A stretch of 64,000 nt of DNA from Mucilaginibacter sp. (GCA_035489035.1 DATHKT010000020.1:24904-88903); one strand, 5' to 3'. Shown: positions 1-11,500, numbered from the stretch's first letter. The notes: generated from the letters alone by a model not told the origin. Translations and numbers: made by a program.

Positions 1-15
1 TGCAGAAACATTATT

Positions 16-534
16 ATGAAAACAGCTACATACTTTTTGATGATCGTGGGATCATTGTTTCTTTTCAGCAGCGGCGCAAAAGCGCAGGAGTTTAAACCCG
101 AATATAAGCCGAATTACACTTTTGCCTTAGGCCTCAAATTTGGCGGTTACGAGAACGGCCTTTCCGGCAAATATTTCATGACTACCAATACCGCATTGGA
201 AGGTATTTTAGGATTCCGCTCACATGGTTTGGTTGTAACCGCATTATACGAGATCAACCAGCAAGCCTTTGGTGTAGAAGGATTTAGATTTTATTACGGT
301 TTCGGCGCGCACATTGGTGGTGTTGGCGCAGGCGTGTACAAAAGATTTAATGGCGATAACGAATTATATAACAGCAACCAGATATTATTAGGTGCTGACG
401 GCATCATCGGGCTTGAATATGTGATACCAAAATCACCTATCGCCGTGAGCCTCGACCTTAACCCAAGAGTTGAACTGGCTACAGGCCCATTTTTTGATAT
501 CGCACCGGGTTTAGGTATAAAATACGCTTTCTGA
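16..534 (+). CDS. Small outer-membrane beta-barrel protein (hypothetical)
   Basis: Signal peptide ending AKA-Q, alternating hydrophobic beta-strand pattern, C-terminal aromatic BAM-type motif (GLGIKYAF). Confidence 0.7.
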   Translation: MKTATYFLMIVGSLFLFSSGAKAQEFKPEYKPNYTFALGLKFGGYENGLSGKYFMTTNTALEGILGFRSHGLVVTALYEINQQAFGVEGFRFYYGFGAHIGGVGAGVYKRFNGDNELYNSNQILLGADGIIGLEYVIPKSPIAVSLDLNPRVELATGPFFDIAPGLGIKYAF

Positions 535-547
535 TAAATGAGCGAAT

Positions 548-580
548 AGAATTGACAACTTTTAAAAAGTTGTCAATTCT
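548..580. terminator. Perfect 16-bp inverted repeat between convergent genes, probable bidirectional terminator
   Basis: AGAATTGACAACTTTT-A-AAAAGTTGTCAATTCT, 14 nt after the stop of 16..534. Confidence 0.6.
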
Positions 581-589
581 TTGATTTTA

Positions 590-631
590 AAAAGTCTCTC
601 CGCCAGCCGGCGGAGGAGATTGAGAGGGGGC
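590..631 (+). repeat. REP-like palindromic element, family A copy 1
   Basis: AAAAGTCTCTCCGCCAGCCGGCGGAGGAGATTGAGAGGGGGC; a close reverse-complement copy lies at 31022..31062. Confidence 0.7.
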
Positions 632-3600
632 TTACCTCGTAATAATAATCTTCTTCTTATAAGCCTTCTGCCCCAATTGTATCTTTAAAACATACGTTCC
701 CGGCGCCAGGTGGTCGACATCAAGCAATGTGCTGAAGTTTCCGGCAGGTAATGCTTGTGCTGCTGAATAGCTTGTTTGCCCGGCGCTGTTTATTAATGAT
801 ATATTTAATGCTGTAGCTGTTTTAGCGGCAAAAACAACATTTAGCTGGTCGTTGGCCGGTACGGGGAACACGGCCAGGCCTATATCATTATCACCGGGAT
901 TAGCAGCCAGTATCACATATACAAAATTATCGGATTGGGAAACACAGCCATTTGCCAGGCCAATATCTACCCGGTAATTGCCGCTTTGCGCAGGCGAAAA
1001 GGTTTGCCCGGTTGCCCCGCTAATCACATTCCCGTTTAAATACCATTGATTACCTGTAGCAAAATTCGAACTTAAAACAGTGCCATTTTGTGTAATAACC
1101 GGTTTAACAAGCGTTACCGGCTGCTTTACTATCGATGCGCAACCGGGGCTTTTTAAATGGATATCGTATAAATAATAATAAAAATTCTTGTAATAAGCCG
1201 TATCACTCTCTGATGTAGCTGTATTCCCTGTGATACTGAACACATCACCTATTTTAAACGGGTAGCCACTTACGCCCCCATTGTTGCGATAAATAGTGGC
1301 GGTATTATCAAAGGAGGCGCTGATGGTGTAATTCCCGGCAGCGGGCAATTGTAAATTGAGGTTATAAACCTGTCCCTGGTCGGCCGGGTCATCGGCCTGC
1401 GCACCGGGTTGCGGGTTGGTACGGGTGGCAGTTGCATTAATGGTAGTGGTGGATACGATCTCGCCGCTATCATCTGATACGCTGAAAGTGATCTTACCCG
1501 GATTGCCAATATATAACCTGGCACTTTCAATAATTACAGGTATGCGGGTAAACACATTGATGGCCGGTGTAAACTGGTTATAACCACCGGCGTTGAATAA
1601 ATTCTTTGTTGCCGGGCCAACCGATCCGCTAAAATCATTAAGCCCTGCAAAGTAGGTATTATTTACAGGCGCCTGGGTAGTAGTTGCAGCGGAGCCATAG
1701 GCGATAGGGATAACATCTGTACTGTTCTGATACCAAAGCAATTCCCCATCACCTGTACCGGTTAACAAATAGGAATTGGTGCTGTTACAATAATTGGCAG
1801 CAAGGTCGGTCGCCGCAGGCGGATTACTAACTACAACTGTTTTCGTTACCTGGTTATTACCGGGTATGGGGTCTCCGGCCAGGCTTGTGGATGCCGCTAT
1901 GGTATAAGTTGCCCCGGCAGTAATATTAAAAGTAGCGGTAAAGGTAAAATCTTCGGTTGCTGATGGCGCAAGCGTACCGGTGTAAACCTGGTTGAATGTA
2001 GTCACCGTGTTATCGGCGGCAGTGATGGTCACATTTACAGGTATATTGCTGATGGTCGCGCCTCCGAAATTTTTAAGGGTTACGGTAACGGGGGTTGCCC
2101 CCGAGCAGTTGCCACCTTCTGCAGGATTGACAATAGCGATCACCCCTGCATCAATACTTGTTTGTGTAAATTGCACCCGGTAATCCTGTGTTTCGCCTTT
2201 AGCGTAAGTTCCGCAGGCATTAATGGTTGAAGCATCTGTTGTCTCAACCAATACCACGCGCATCAAACTAAAATTGCCCGGTATAACGGATGGCGGAACG
2301 GTTATATTGGTGGTATAAGTGCCCGTAGTGCTTATCGTCCCGGTAGTGGCTACCAGTTCATCCGTTCCAAAAGCTCCATCGCCATTCCAGTCAATAAACA
2401 CCTTGGCTATTTTATTAAAATTGGCTCCGCAGGTGCCCAATGTCAGGCTTAAAGGATAAGTTTTGCTTTGCTCCAGTTGCACTGTCAGGTTGGTATAATC
2501 CGAATAAGTGGTACAACCAGCAGCAGGTGTATTATTTAAATTCGACAGGGTAACATTATTAACGCGCGAGTCGGCGCTGGATAGCGGGCTCGATGCGCAA
2601 TAAGTTGTACCGCCAATGCCGGTCACAATAATTGAATATGCCTGCGGGCCTTGTTTCAATATACCCTTATGCGAAACGGTGATAGTATATGCTTTACCCG
2701 GAGTGGCATTGGCTATATAAACCTGTTCCACATTATCCCGGATATTATCTCCTTTTGTAGCGGCAGCACCTGGATTAGCCGGGTCCAATACCCATGGGGT
2801 AAAGGTAGTGGTGCCATCACTGACCCTGATATCCAGGTCATTTACTAATTTGGGTGTGCGGCTATTGATCGTTCCATCGGTTGTTATGGTACCTTCGGGA
2901 TCGGTCCATGATATAGTTGCCACCAGGGCGCCGTTACCCGATGCCACTACATTATAGTTTTGTTGTTTCCCCTGTGCTAATGAAACTTCCCGTATCAGGC
3001 TTTTTACACTATTATCCGTAATTGCCTGGGCGGCTTTTTTCATATCCAGCAGGCCCCAGCCGTAAATATAATCCGGGCCAACGTTACCTGCATCAAACGC
3101 AGTATGACAGGCCAGCCCCTTCAGCGTTGCTGCCCGCATAAAGTTTCCTGCATTTTTTTCTGCATAATACTCCTGCAACAGGTATAATGAGCCTGTTATA
3201 TTAGGCGTTGCCTGTGAAGTACCCGAAAAGGTGATATAACTGGTAGGGCTGCTGCTGCCTGCAGATAACACATTCAATCCGTTGCCAACCAGGTCGGGCT
3301 TGATACGGCCGTCATCAGTAGGCCCCCAGCTGCTGAAAAAGGTAGTAGCGATGCTTTGTGAATTGGTCGGCCCATTGGGCAGCGGGTTTATAGCGCCTAT
3401 GGTTAATATGTTTTTAGCATTAGCAGTAGAGCTGATACAGTCGTAACTGTTATTGCTGCTTATGCCGGCCGGCCTCGGGCCTTTATTAATAAAGGTTTGA
3501 TCGCTGGCGCTTCTGTAACCATAGTAGGTTTCACCAACAGCGGGCCCGGTGCTGCCCCTGCTATTGCCCGCCGCTTCTACAATCAGGTAATACGGCGCGT

Positions 3601-4366
3601 TAAAGGCTATCTTGTCCCATGCCTGGGCCCTGTCTGAATAAAACCCAAAAGTATAATCAACCGTATCGCCCGGTATTCCAAACCATTCCCAGTGATTGTT
3701 CCCTTCATTGAAATTCCAGCCTGCTTCATCGCCATAAGAGTGATTTGAAAGCAGCAGGTTTGAAGCAGCCGCGCTCATTTCGGCCACATCATTATTAAAA
3801 TCATAGGATAATAAGGTGCCCGCGTTAAAAGCCATCCCTTTTGCAGGAGCATACACCCCTTTTGCAAGCAAGGTGCCGCTTACGTGCGTAGCATGGTCAA
3901 TTACGAAAGAAGTATCTTTCAGTGTGATGGTTTTCCCGGCAAACTCCTGGTGGGCCTTATAAACCCAGCCCCCATCCCATATAGCCAGCTTATTATTTAA
4001 AAATGTACTTGATCCGGATAGATTTAATCCTAATGAACCACCCGGCTGTACAGTAACTGTATTAGTGGTAGCGGCAGATGTTGTGTTGTTATCAGTAATG
4101 AGGTATACCGGGAACCCCAGTTTGTTGATACCCTGCAAGGATATGATCCCACCGTTCTTAGTTTTTCTGCTGATCAGCCATCCCCGGCTTTTAGCCAGTG
4201 CCAGTGCCTGTTGCCTTCCCTTAATATATAAGTCATTTGATTTGGCCGACAGAGCATCCAGCTCCTTCTTATTAGCGGCAGATGCAGGCACTTGCTGACC
4301 AAATGCACCTACGCCAAAAAACAACAATAAAAATCCTGTAAGTAATGCCGCGTAGTGTTTTCTCAT
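632..4366 (-). CDS. T9SS-secreted S8 (subtilisin-like) serine peptidase with GEVED and Ig-like domains and a type A C-terminal sorting domain
   Basis: Signal peptide; catalytic motifs IWDGG, DHATHVSGT and SGTSQAT; oxyanion-region AAGN; GEVED-like segment (VFIDWNGDG...GETQDY); CTD VFPVPA...LAPGTYVLKI...KKIII. Confidence 0.9.
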   Translation of the reverse strand: MRKHYAALLTGFLLLFFGVGAFGQQVPASAANKKELDALSAKSNDLYIKGRQQALALAKSRGWLISRKTKNGGIISLQGINKLGFPVYLITDNNTTSAATTNTVTVQPGGSLGLNLSGSSTFLNNKLAIWDGGWVYKAHQEFAGKTITLKDTSFVIDHATHVSGTLLAKGVYAPAKGMAFNAGTLLSYDFNNDVAEMSAAASNLLLSNHSYGDEAGWNFNEGNNHWEWFGIPGDTVDYTFGFYSDRAQAWDKIAFNAPYYLIVEAAGNSRGSTGPAVGETYYGYRSASDQTFINKGPRPAGISSNNSYDCISSTANAKNILTIGAINPLPNGPTNSQSIATTFFSSWGPTDDGRIKPDLVGNGLNVLSAGSSSPTSYITFSGTSQATPNITGSLYLLQEYYAEKNAGNFMRAATLKGLACHTAFDAGNVGPDYIYGWGLLDMKKAAQAITDNSVKSLIREVSLAQGKQQNYNVVASGNGALVATISWTDPEGTITTDGTINSRTPKLVNDLDIRVSDGTTTFTPWVLDPANPGAAATKGDNIRDNVEQVYIANATPGKAYTITVSHKGILKQGPQAYSIIVTGIGGTTYCASSPLSSADSRVNNVTLSNLNNTPAAGCTTYSDYTNLTVQLEQSKTYPLSLTLGTCGANFNKIAKVFIDWNGDGAFGTDELVATTGTISTTGTYTTNITVPPSVIPGNFSLMRVVLVETTDASTINACGTYAKGETQDYRVQFTQTSIDAGVIAIVNPAEGGNCSGATPVTVTLKNFGGATISNIPVNVTITAADNTVTTFNQVYTGTLAPSATEDFTFTATFNITAGATYTIAASTSLAGDPIPGNNQVTKTVVVSNPPAATDLAANYCNSTNSYLLTGTGDGELLWYQNSTDVIPIAYGSAATTTQAPVNNTYFAGLNDFSGSVGPATKNLFNAGGYNQFTPAINVFTRIPVIIESARLYIGNPGKITFSVSDDSGEIVSTTTINATATRTNPQPGAQADDPADQGQVYNLNLQLPAAGNYTISASFDNTATIYRNNGGVSGYPFKIGDVFSITGNTATSESDTAYYKNFYYYLYDIHLKSPGCASIVKQPVTLVKPVITQNGTVLSSNFATGNQWYLNGNVISGATGQTFSPAQSGNYRVDIGLANGCVSQSDNFVYVILAANPGDNDIGLAVFPVPANDQLNVVFAAKTATALNISLINSAGQTSYSAAQALPAGNFSTLLDVDHLAPGTYVLKIQLGQKAYKKKIIITR

Positions 4367-4643
4367 CAGCTTAACAATAAATTAACTCGTTTTGATAGCT
4401 GGGAGCAACCTGCAAAACAAATCCCCGCGACAATATATTTGATCATTTTTGCTAAAATTATAGATTTTTAATCTCAAATCCGATAACAACCTTTTATCGT
4501 TAATACATAAACAGCCACATCACAACAATTTTATCGCATTATTAGTATACAGGCATATACGTATAAAATAACCTCAACGGCTACAATATTATTATAAAAT
4601 GCGTTGTATAAAACTTTCTGCCGAAAATTATGGTAAAAAGGAA

Positions 4644-4651
4644 TAATTTTG
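4644..4651 (+). promoter_or_regulatory. Bacteroidota sigma70 -7 box for the micro-protein gene
   Basis: TAATTTTG matches TAnnTTTG, 26 nt upstream of ATG 4678. Confidence 0.55.
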
Positions 4652-4677
4652 TAACATTGAGGTTTAAGAATATAAAT

Positions 4678-4896
4678 ATGAAATTGAAGGCAGGCTTAGT
4701 GGTATTTGTATTGTTATTGATCAGCATGGTAAACGCCCACGCCCAGGGCCTGCCTTGCGGTGGTGATGACCCGGATGCTGTTTGCCCGCTTGATACTTGG
4801 GTAATAGTTTTGGTTGTTGCCGCATCTATGTTTGCCGCATTCCGCTTATACAGCCGCCAAACATCTGCGCTGCAGGGTACTCCTCAATCAAGATAA
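4678..4896 (+). CDS. 72-aa secreted micro-protein with a PEP-CTERM/PID-CTERM-like C-terminal sorting signal
   Basis: Signal peptide MKLKAGLVVFVLLLISMVNAHA, then QGLPCGGDDPDAVC, motif PLD, a hydrophobic helix TWVIVLVVAASMFAAF and basic residues. Start moved from 4630 to ATG 4678 because of the -7 box and the signal peptide. Confidence 0.75.
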   Translation: MKLKAGLVVFVLLLISMVNAHAQGLPCGGDDPDAVCPLDTWVIVLVVAASMFAAFRLYSRQTSALQGTPQSR

Positions 4897-5195
4897 GGGT
4901 TCACTCAAACCCGGAGTATAAATAAACCCTCTTTATCCAAAAAAATATTCATTTTTTGAATGTATCATACTTTCCATGTAACCAATTTATTACAAGGCTT
5001 ATATTAATCAATGATTAATTTTTATGCAAAAAATGGAAAACCAATCTGATTTTTTTAACGTAAACAAGAAAAAATTAAGTTAACTTCACTGGCGACCTGA
5101 GTTTTATTGATGACCCTAACATCAAGCAGGCCAAACCGGATTCTCTTATTTTGTGTGTTGTGTTAAAGATTGGTGACTATTAGCCCCCTTGTACT

Positions 5196-8100
5196 TTGAA
5201 GAAACTTCTATTATTTGGCTTGATTGTTTTATCTGCCTCATTGTTAACTAAAAATGCGAAAGCGGCAACTTATCAATGGTGGGGAGGAACGGGTACGTGG
5301 AATGTGTCGGGCAACTGGTTAAATATGAGCACCGGCTTTTTTAGTGGTTATCCCGGCAGCGGCGTTGGCGATGTGGCTTATTTTAATTCTGTTTTTACCA
5401 ATAACGTTACCTTATCGGCCAATTTACCCAATGCTATTATTCAAGTACAGGCGCAAGCTTATTCAGCCTGTAAAATTACCATCAATAGCGGCATAACCCT
5501 TAATGTAAGCAACGGACTGGCAATCACCGGGACCTATGGAGGCTCCTATGACGGGATCACCTTTGCGGGCCTGGGCTCCGCAGTGATCGGTGGCGCTTCA
5601 GCATTTACATATTATGCAACGCTTACTATTGGCGCTTCAAATACGGTTACATTCCCTGCTGGTTCAAGTATATCCATGGCAAATAGCTATTGTGGCATTA
5701 CCAATAACGGCACACTCAAATTTACAGGCACATTAGCATCAGGTGTTACTGTAACGTTTGCAGATTATGGTACCCTGGCTAACACAGGTACGATGACGGC
5801 AACATATACCACTATTACATCGGCTAATATTAATCCCACCGTATCCAACACCAACTCTTTTACCTTAACATCATCCACCATTCAATTGGGAGGGCAAAGT
5901 GGCGTTCTTACCAATTCTGGTACATTAAATGCCACATCATCAACATTTGCGCTTTCGGCAAATAATACTGCCATTAATAATACAAAAACCTTTACTGCTA
6001 CATTATGTCCTATTAACTTAACCGGGCAGGCGGCAGCCATTAACAATACTACCGCAACAGGTAGTTTTTTAGTTAATGCTTGTCCCATTGTCCTTTCCAC
6101 TCAAAATCAATGTAATATTACTAATGGCGCCAGTGCAACATTCCTGGCTTCCGGCGGGTCGTCTATTTCCATTTCAAGTTACCAGGGATATATTATAAAC
6201 AACGGAAATTTTTACTCCGGCACATCTAATTCTGCATGTCCCATTACTTTAAGCTCGCAAGGCTCATATATAACTAACTCGGGTACATTTTATGTCGGGT
6301 CTACCTCGGGTATCAATCTTACGGGTTACCAGGGGCTTGTTACCAATAACCCTGCTGGTTTTTTCATTTTTCAATCGGATACTTATGGCTCAGCCTACGT
6401 TGGTGCTATCCCGACTGCTGTACCGGCCAGTGCCAGCGGCCAGTTTGTTGGCACGTTTCAAATTCAGCGCTATATCAGCGGCGGCAGTGCTGCTTACCGT
6501 GGTTATCGCCTGTTTTCATCACCTGTTTATGCAAGTACCGATGCAAGCAGCAACCACATCTACAGTCTTAATTATGTAAAGGCATCAGCGTTGGTAACCG
6601 GCAGCGCGAGTGGTGGTTTTGATAAAACAGGTAATCCAAGCCTTTACCTCAATCGCGAAAACATTGCAGTTTCAAACGCGACTTTTGTATCCGGAAATTT
6701 CAGGGGCGTCAGCAGTATTCTAAGTGCCCCCACCTACAGTTTTAATGGGGAAGCATCTACTTACAGCATACCTGTGGGCAATGGCTTTCTTTTCTTCTTC
6801 AGGGGCGATCGTACAACCAATTTAGCTAATAAATATACCCCCGGCACCAGTGCCGAGAGCGTGATCATGACAGCCAGCGGAACCTTAAATACCATGCAGG
6901 TGATTGTACATCCGTGGTATACGCCCGCTTCTGCAAACCTGATGTATACCACTACAGCTGGCAATACCACCGTTAGAGGCTATAATATGGTAGGAAATCC
7001 TTATGCCAGCTCTATAGACTGGGAAACCTTTCAAACCACAACATCAACAACCGGCATTTATGCACCGGTCGTGAGCACCGTAACCACTGTTGGCCCAACT
7101 ATCTATTTATTAAATCCGCAAAATCATAATTATGGTGCGTACACCAAGGGGGGCGCTGGCCTTGGCACCAATGGCGCAACCAACATTATAGCCAGCGGGC
7201 AGGGGTTTTTCGTTTTGGCCGCAAATGCATCGGCACAGCTGATCTTTAATGAGTCGGCAAAAACTACCGCACAAGCCACAGGGCCCGCTTTGTTTATGGG
7301 AATGCCTGCCGACCAGGTTGCCTTCAATCCGTATATCCGATTACAAATGGCAAAGGATTCGGCTGACTCAGATGATCTGCTGCTGCGCTTTAACAGTAGT
7401 GCCCAAGTTAATTATGTTGAGAACGAAGATGCGCCTTATAAAAAAGGATTTGGCAAAGTAAGCTTGTCAAGCAGATCAAACGATAGTGTTGACCTGGCGA
7501 TAAATGCTCTCCCGTTACCCAAACAAAACGCTGAAACTGTTGGGCTAACAGTTGATGCCACTGCGGATGACATTTATCAGTTAAGCCTGAAAGATATTAA
7601 CCAGGTTCCGCAGCTTTTTGATGTATGGCTGATGGATGCCTATAAAAAGGATTCGTTAGATATGCGCCATAACTCCACTTACAGCTTCAACGTTCTTAAA
7701 GGTGATTCGTCAAGCTTTGGATCGAAGCGCTTTAGTTTGATCATCCGGCAAAACCCGGCTTACGCCTTCCGCCTGTTAAATTTTACCGCTCAAAAAATAA
7801 ACAATACCACGCAGGTACAAGTAGCCTGGAAAACCGAGAATGAACAAAACTACACCAACTTCACTGTTGAGCGCAGCATCGATAATGGTGCCACCTATGA
7901 AGTATTGGGCGGTGTATCTTCAAGCGGGCTCGGCTCATACAATTTCCTGGATAAAAGCCCGGTAATTGGCCAAAACCTTTACCGCCTGAAACAAGAGGAT
8001 ATTAACAATACCATTACCTACTCCAAAGTAGTACAGGTGCTTTATTCTGATAAGAGCAACAACCTGGCTGGCAATATCAGTATATATCCTAATCCTGTAA

Positions 8101-8321
8101 ACAGCACACTTAATTTAGCCATAGCTTCTCAGTCGGCGGAGAGCGCAAGCTATAATATTATAATCACCAGCAGTTCAGGCGCGGTAGTAAAACAAGCTAT
8201 TACTAACGAGCCTAATTGGCAGGGTGCGGTCAATAATTTGCTTCCGGGTACTTACCTTGTACAAGTGATAAATAATAAAGATAAAAGCCTTGTCGGAAAC
8301 AGCAAGTTTATCAAGATTTAG
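5196..8321 (+). CDS. Large T9SS type A cargo protein, array paralogue A1 (adhesin-like)
   Basis: TTG start and signal peptide; Thr/Asn/Gly-rich beta-helix-like N-terminus; shared core QRY..GG..YRGYRL.SSPV / GNPY.SSIDW / SGQGFFV; Ig-like domain; CTD IYPNP...KFIKI. Confidence 0.9.
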   Translation: MKKLLLFGLIVLSASLLTKNAKAATYQWWGGTGTWNVSGNWLNMSTGFFSGYPGSGVGDVAYFNSVFTNNVTLSANLPNAIIQVQAQAYSACKITINSGITLNVSNGLAITGTYGGSYDGITFAGLGSAVIGGASAFTYYATLTIGASNTVTFPAGSSISMANSYCGITNNGTLKFTGTLASGVTVTFADYGTLANTGTMTATYTTITSANINPTVSNTNSFTLTSSTIQLGGQSGVLTNSGTLNATSSTFALSANNTAINNTKTFTATLCPINLTGQAAAINNTTATGSFLVNACPIVLSTQNQCNITNGASATFLASGGSSISISSYQGYIINNGNFYSGTSNSACPITLSSQGSYITNSGTFYVGSTSGINLTGYQGLVTNNPAGFFIFQSDTYGSAYVGAIPTAVPASASGQFVGTFQIQRYISGGSAAYRGYRLFSSPVYASTDASSNHIYSLNYVKASALVTGSASGGFDKTGNPSLYLNRENIAVSNATFVSGNFRGVSSILSAPTYSFNGEASTYSIPVGNGFLFFFRGDRTTNLANKYTPGTSAESVIMTASGTLNTMQVIVHPWYTPASANLMYTTTAGNTTVRGYNMVGNPYASSIDWETFQTTTSTTGIYAPVVSTVTTVGPTIYLLNPQNHNYGAYTKGGAGLGTNGATNIIASGQGFFVLAANASAQLIFNESAKTTAQATGPALFMGMPADQVAFNPYIRLQMAKDSADSDDLLLRFNSSAQVNYVENEDAPYKKGFGKVSLSSRSNDSVDLAINALPLPKQNAETVGLTVDATADDIYQLSLKDINQVPQLFDVWLMDAYKKDSLDMRHNSTYSFNVLKGDSSSFGSKRFSLIIRQNPAYAFRLLNFTAQKINNTTQVQVAWKTENEQNYTNFTVERSIDNGATYEVLGGVSSSGLGSYNFLDKSPVIGQNLYRLKQEDINNTITYSKVVQVLYSDKSNNLAGNISIYPNPVNSTLNLAIASQSAESASYNIIITSSSGAVVKQAITNEPNWQGAVNNLLPGTYLVQVINNKDKSLVGNSKFIKI

Positions 8322-8515
8322 GTGTGAATGCCTGCAATTATGGGGAGAATATTACCCGTTAAAAATGGGCAGGTATTGATTTAAAAAGCTGCTTTAAAAA
8401 AAGCCCCCAATTAAGTGCCCTAATAGCCTGTATACGCACTTTTTTATCGTGATTGGATAATTAATATTATTGGCAGTTAATTTGTTATATCGAGGCAGGA
8501 AACAACCTCCGCCTT

Positions 8516-11500
8516 TTGAAACAATTTATACTTAAAATAATAATACTATGCGCGCTGCCCATTTTCTTCATGGGAGAAGTGCGTGCAGCCAATACTTACG
8601 ACTGGACAGGAAATACTTCAACCAATTGGGCCGCCGCAAGTAACTGGAAGAAGAATAATGGTACATCAACCACTTATCCTGGCCAAAGCGGCAATACCGA
8701 TATTGTACGCATCGGCGTAGTTACCACCATTCCTACGTTTTACACCTACCCTGTTTTAGCAAACAATATTACTATAGCTTCATTAACCTTCGGCAACGAT
8801 AATTCGCCTGTTGCAAGTTTTGGCGGAGAAATGCAATTGACTGTTAATGCTACATTAACCATAACCGGCACCCTTTTGCAAATGCATAGCGCTACAGGCG
8901 GCCCTGCAAATTCGGGTGGCACGGGTTCAACAGTTGATGACTCTGATTTTGAAAAATTCACATTTGATGAAATAACAACGCTGCTTGGTACCGGCACAAT
9001 TAACTGCGCCACATTCCAGGTGGGTGATAATACTACAGGAGTAAATAACAGCACCGTTAACGCTACGCTGGTAGATATTGGAAATGACTACACCACATCA
9101 ACATTAACCATAAACGTAAGCGGTGATTGTGTCCTGAACTCGGCAAGTAAAAACAATGGCACAGTGGTAACCCGCAGCAGCCGTTCGCTTATTTCGCTCC
9201 AGGCCGGAACCTTAAATATTACCGGTAAACTGAACTTAACCAATAACAATGTCTTTAAATTTGTATTGCAGCAATACGAGTCCCTTTGTCTTTTTTCGAT
9301 GGACCTGTATGCCAATGCCAACAGCCCGGTATTAAACCTTAAAGGGGCTACCCCGGTTTTGGTCGGTACCTCACAATATGCCGCTAACCCTGTCGACTTT
9401 TATAATGTCAACGCCACCGGCGGTACGGGGACTGCAACCGTTAATTATTTAGGAACCAACCAGCGGATATATACTTATAACGGATCGTTAGATCCCAACG
9501 AATGGATAGACGTGGTTCCTAATGATATCTATCAAAATCTTACCCTGTCGAATTCAGGAACAAAAACAGTGGATGCGGGTTTGCTTTCTGTAGCCAACAA
9601 TTTTACCGTATCCGGTACTGCAACAGTAAACATGACTTCCAATAACCCGACTGTAATTATTGGTAATGATCCGGCGGCAAGTGGAGGTGGTTATTATACA
9701 ATCGGTGGCACCACCGTTAACCTCGGCACGGGTACTGTAAATATCACCGGCTCTACTTTCAGTAATTTGGGGACTACCAGCATTGGTACCGGGTTGATCA
9801 CTTTCGATTCACCCTCCCCTACAACGCTTACCACAACAGCCGCGCTTGCCTTTAGTAAAGTTGCCTTTAGCGGCGGCGGTACAAAAACCCTGTCGAGCGG
9901 AAGCTTCTCGGTATTAAACACCGGCGTATTAACCATGAGCGGCGCTACAACGCTACAGGCAGGGGGGCATTTAACGTTAAATTCCAATTCCACCTCTTCA
10001 GCAACCGTAGCCGCTATACCTTCAGATTGCGCCATTAACGGCAATGTTAGCGTTCAGCGTTATGTAACCGGCGGTATTGGCTACCGGGGTTACCGGTTAT
10101 TATCTTCTCCTGTTAATACGGGCACCAATGATGCCAATGGTAATAAACAGTTTAGCTTTAACTACATAACTAATTCAACCTATACAACCGGGCTTAATGG
10201 CGTTGCCGGGGGCTTTACCCAGGGAGGCAACCCAACAATTTATTTATGGCGCGAAAACTTGATCCCCTCAAATGCATCCTTTACAAGCGGCAATTTCAGG
10301 GGCGTTGGTGATCTGAGCGCATCACCCAATTACCTGGTAATAGGCGATGGCACATTCAATATGCCGGTAGGTAATGGGTTTTTAATGTTTTTCAGGGGCG
10401 GGATAGGCACGCCAAACCCCTTTCAAACCACATCTACTCCTCTTGCTGCCACATTCACTACCACCGGGATATTAAACCAGGGATCAATAAGTGTTAAAGA
10501 CTGGTATACACCAGCTTCCCCAAGCCTTGGTTTCACTACTATTTCGGGCACAATCGCGGTAGAAGGTTTCAACCTGGTGGGTAACCCTTATGCCAGCTCA
10601 ATCGATTGGAGTACTTACAGCACCACCAACGCCGCAGCCGGGGTATATGCCGCTGGTGGCAATGTGGGGCCATTTGCTTATATATTGCACACTACAGGGC
10701 AGGGTAATGGCAATTATGGCACTTATGATGCCGTCCATAATGTAATTCAAAACGGGGGTTCAAAAACTATTCCAAGCGGCATGGGCTTCTTTGTAATAGC
10801 ATCAAGCAATACCGCATCAACATTGGTATTTAACGAAGCTGCAAAAACTAATACACAAGTTAGCCCGCTAAATTTATACATGGGCAAACCTGTAGCAACA
10901 AATACACTCTCTCTACTGCGCCTCCAATTGACACAGGATACCATGAGTACAGATGAAACATTGGTGCTTTTTGATGATAACGCAAAAGCTGGCTACGATT
11001 ATAAGGAAGATGCTCTTTATAAAACAGGAACCGGTAAGGTAAGCTTATCCAGCACATCAAGCGATCAAATAGCCCTGGCTATTAACGATCTTCCTTTAAG
11101 CTTAAAAGGCCAAATCATTCCATTAAAATTAAGCGCAACCATTGATGGCACTTATACTTTAAAGATGACCGAAATGAAAGGGATTCCGCAGTTATACGAT
11201 GTATGGTTAGTGGATGCTTTCAAAAAGGATTCGGTAAACATGCGTACCACTTCAACCTACAGCTTTACCATAGCCAAAGGCGACACCAACACTTTCGGTT
11301 CAACCCGCTTTAAACTGGCACTGCGCCAAAACCCTGCTGAAATGTATAAGCTACTAAGCTTCACTGCCGATAAGGTTGATAACAAGGCACAGGTAGAAGT
11401 AACCTGGAAAGTTGCCAATGAGCAAAACTACACCCACTTTACCCTGGAGCGCAGCAACAATAACAGCAAAACTTTTGAGGTGATAGGCGGCTTAACTTCA

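Noticed and set aside
4630-4677. Longer 88-aa version of the micro-protein
   Set aside because: A -7 box lies inside this extension, and the signal peptide begins cleanly at ATG 4678.
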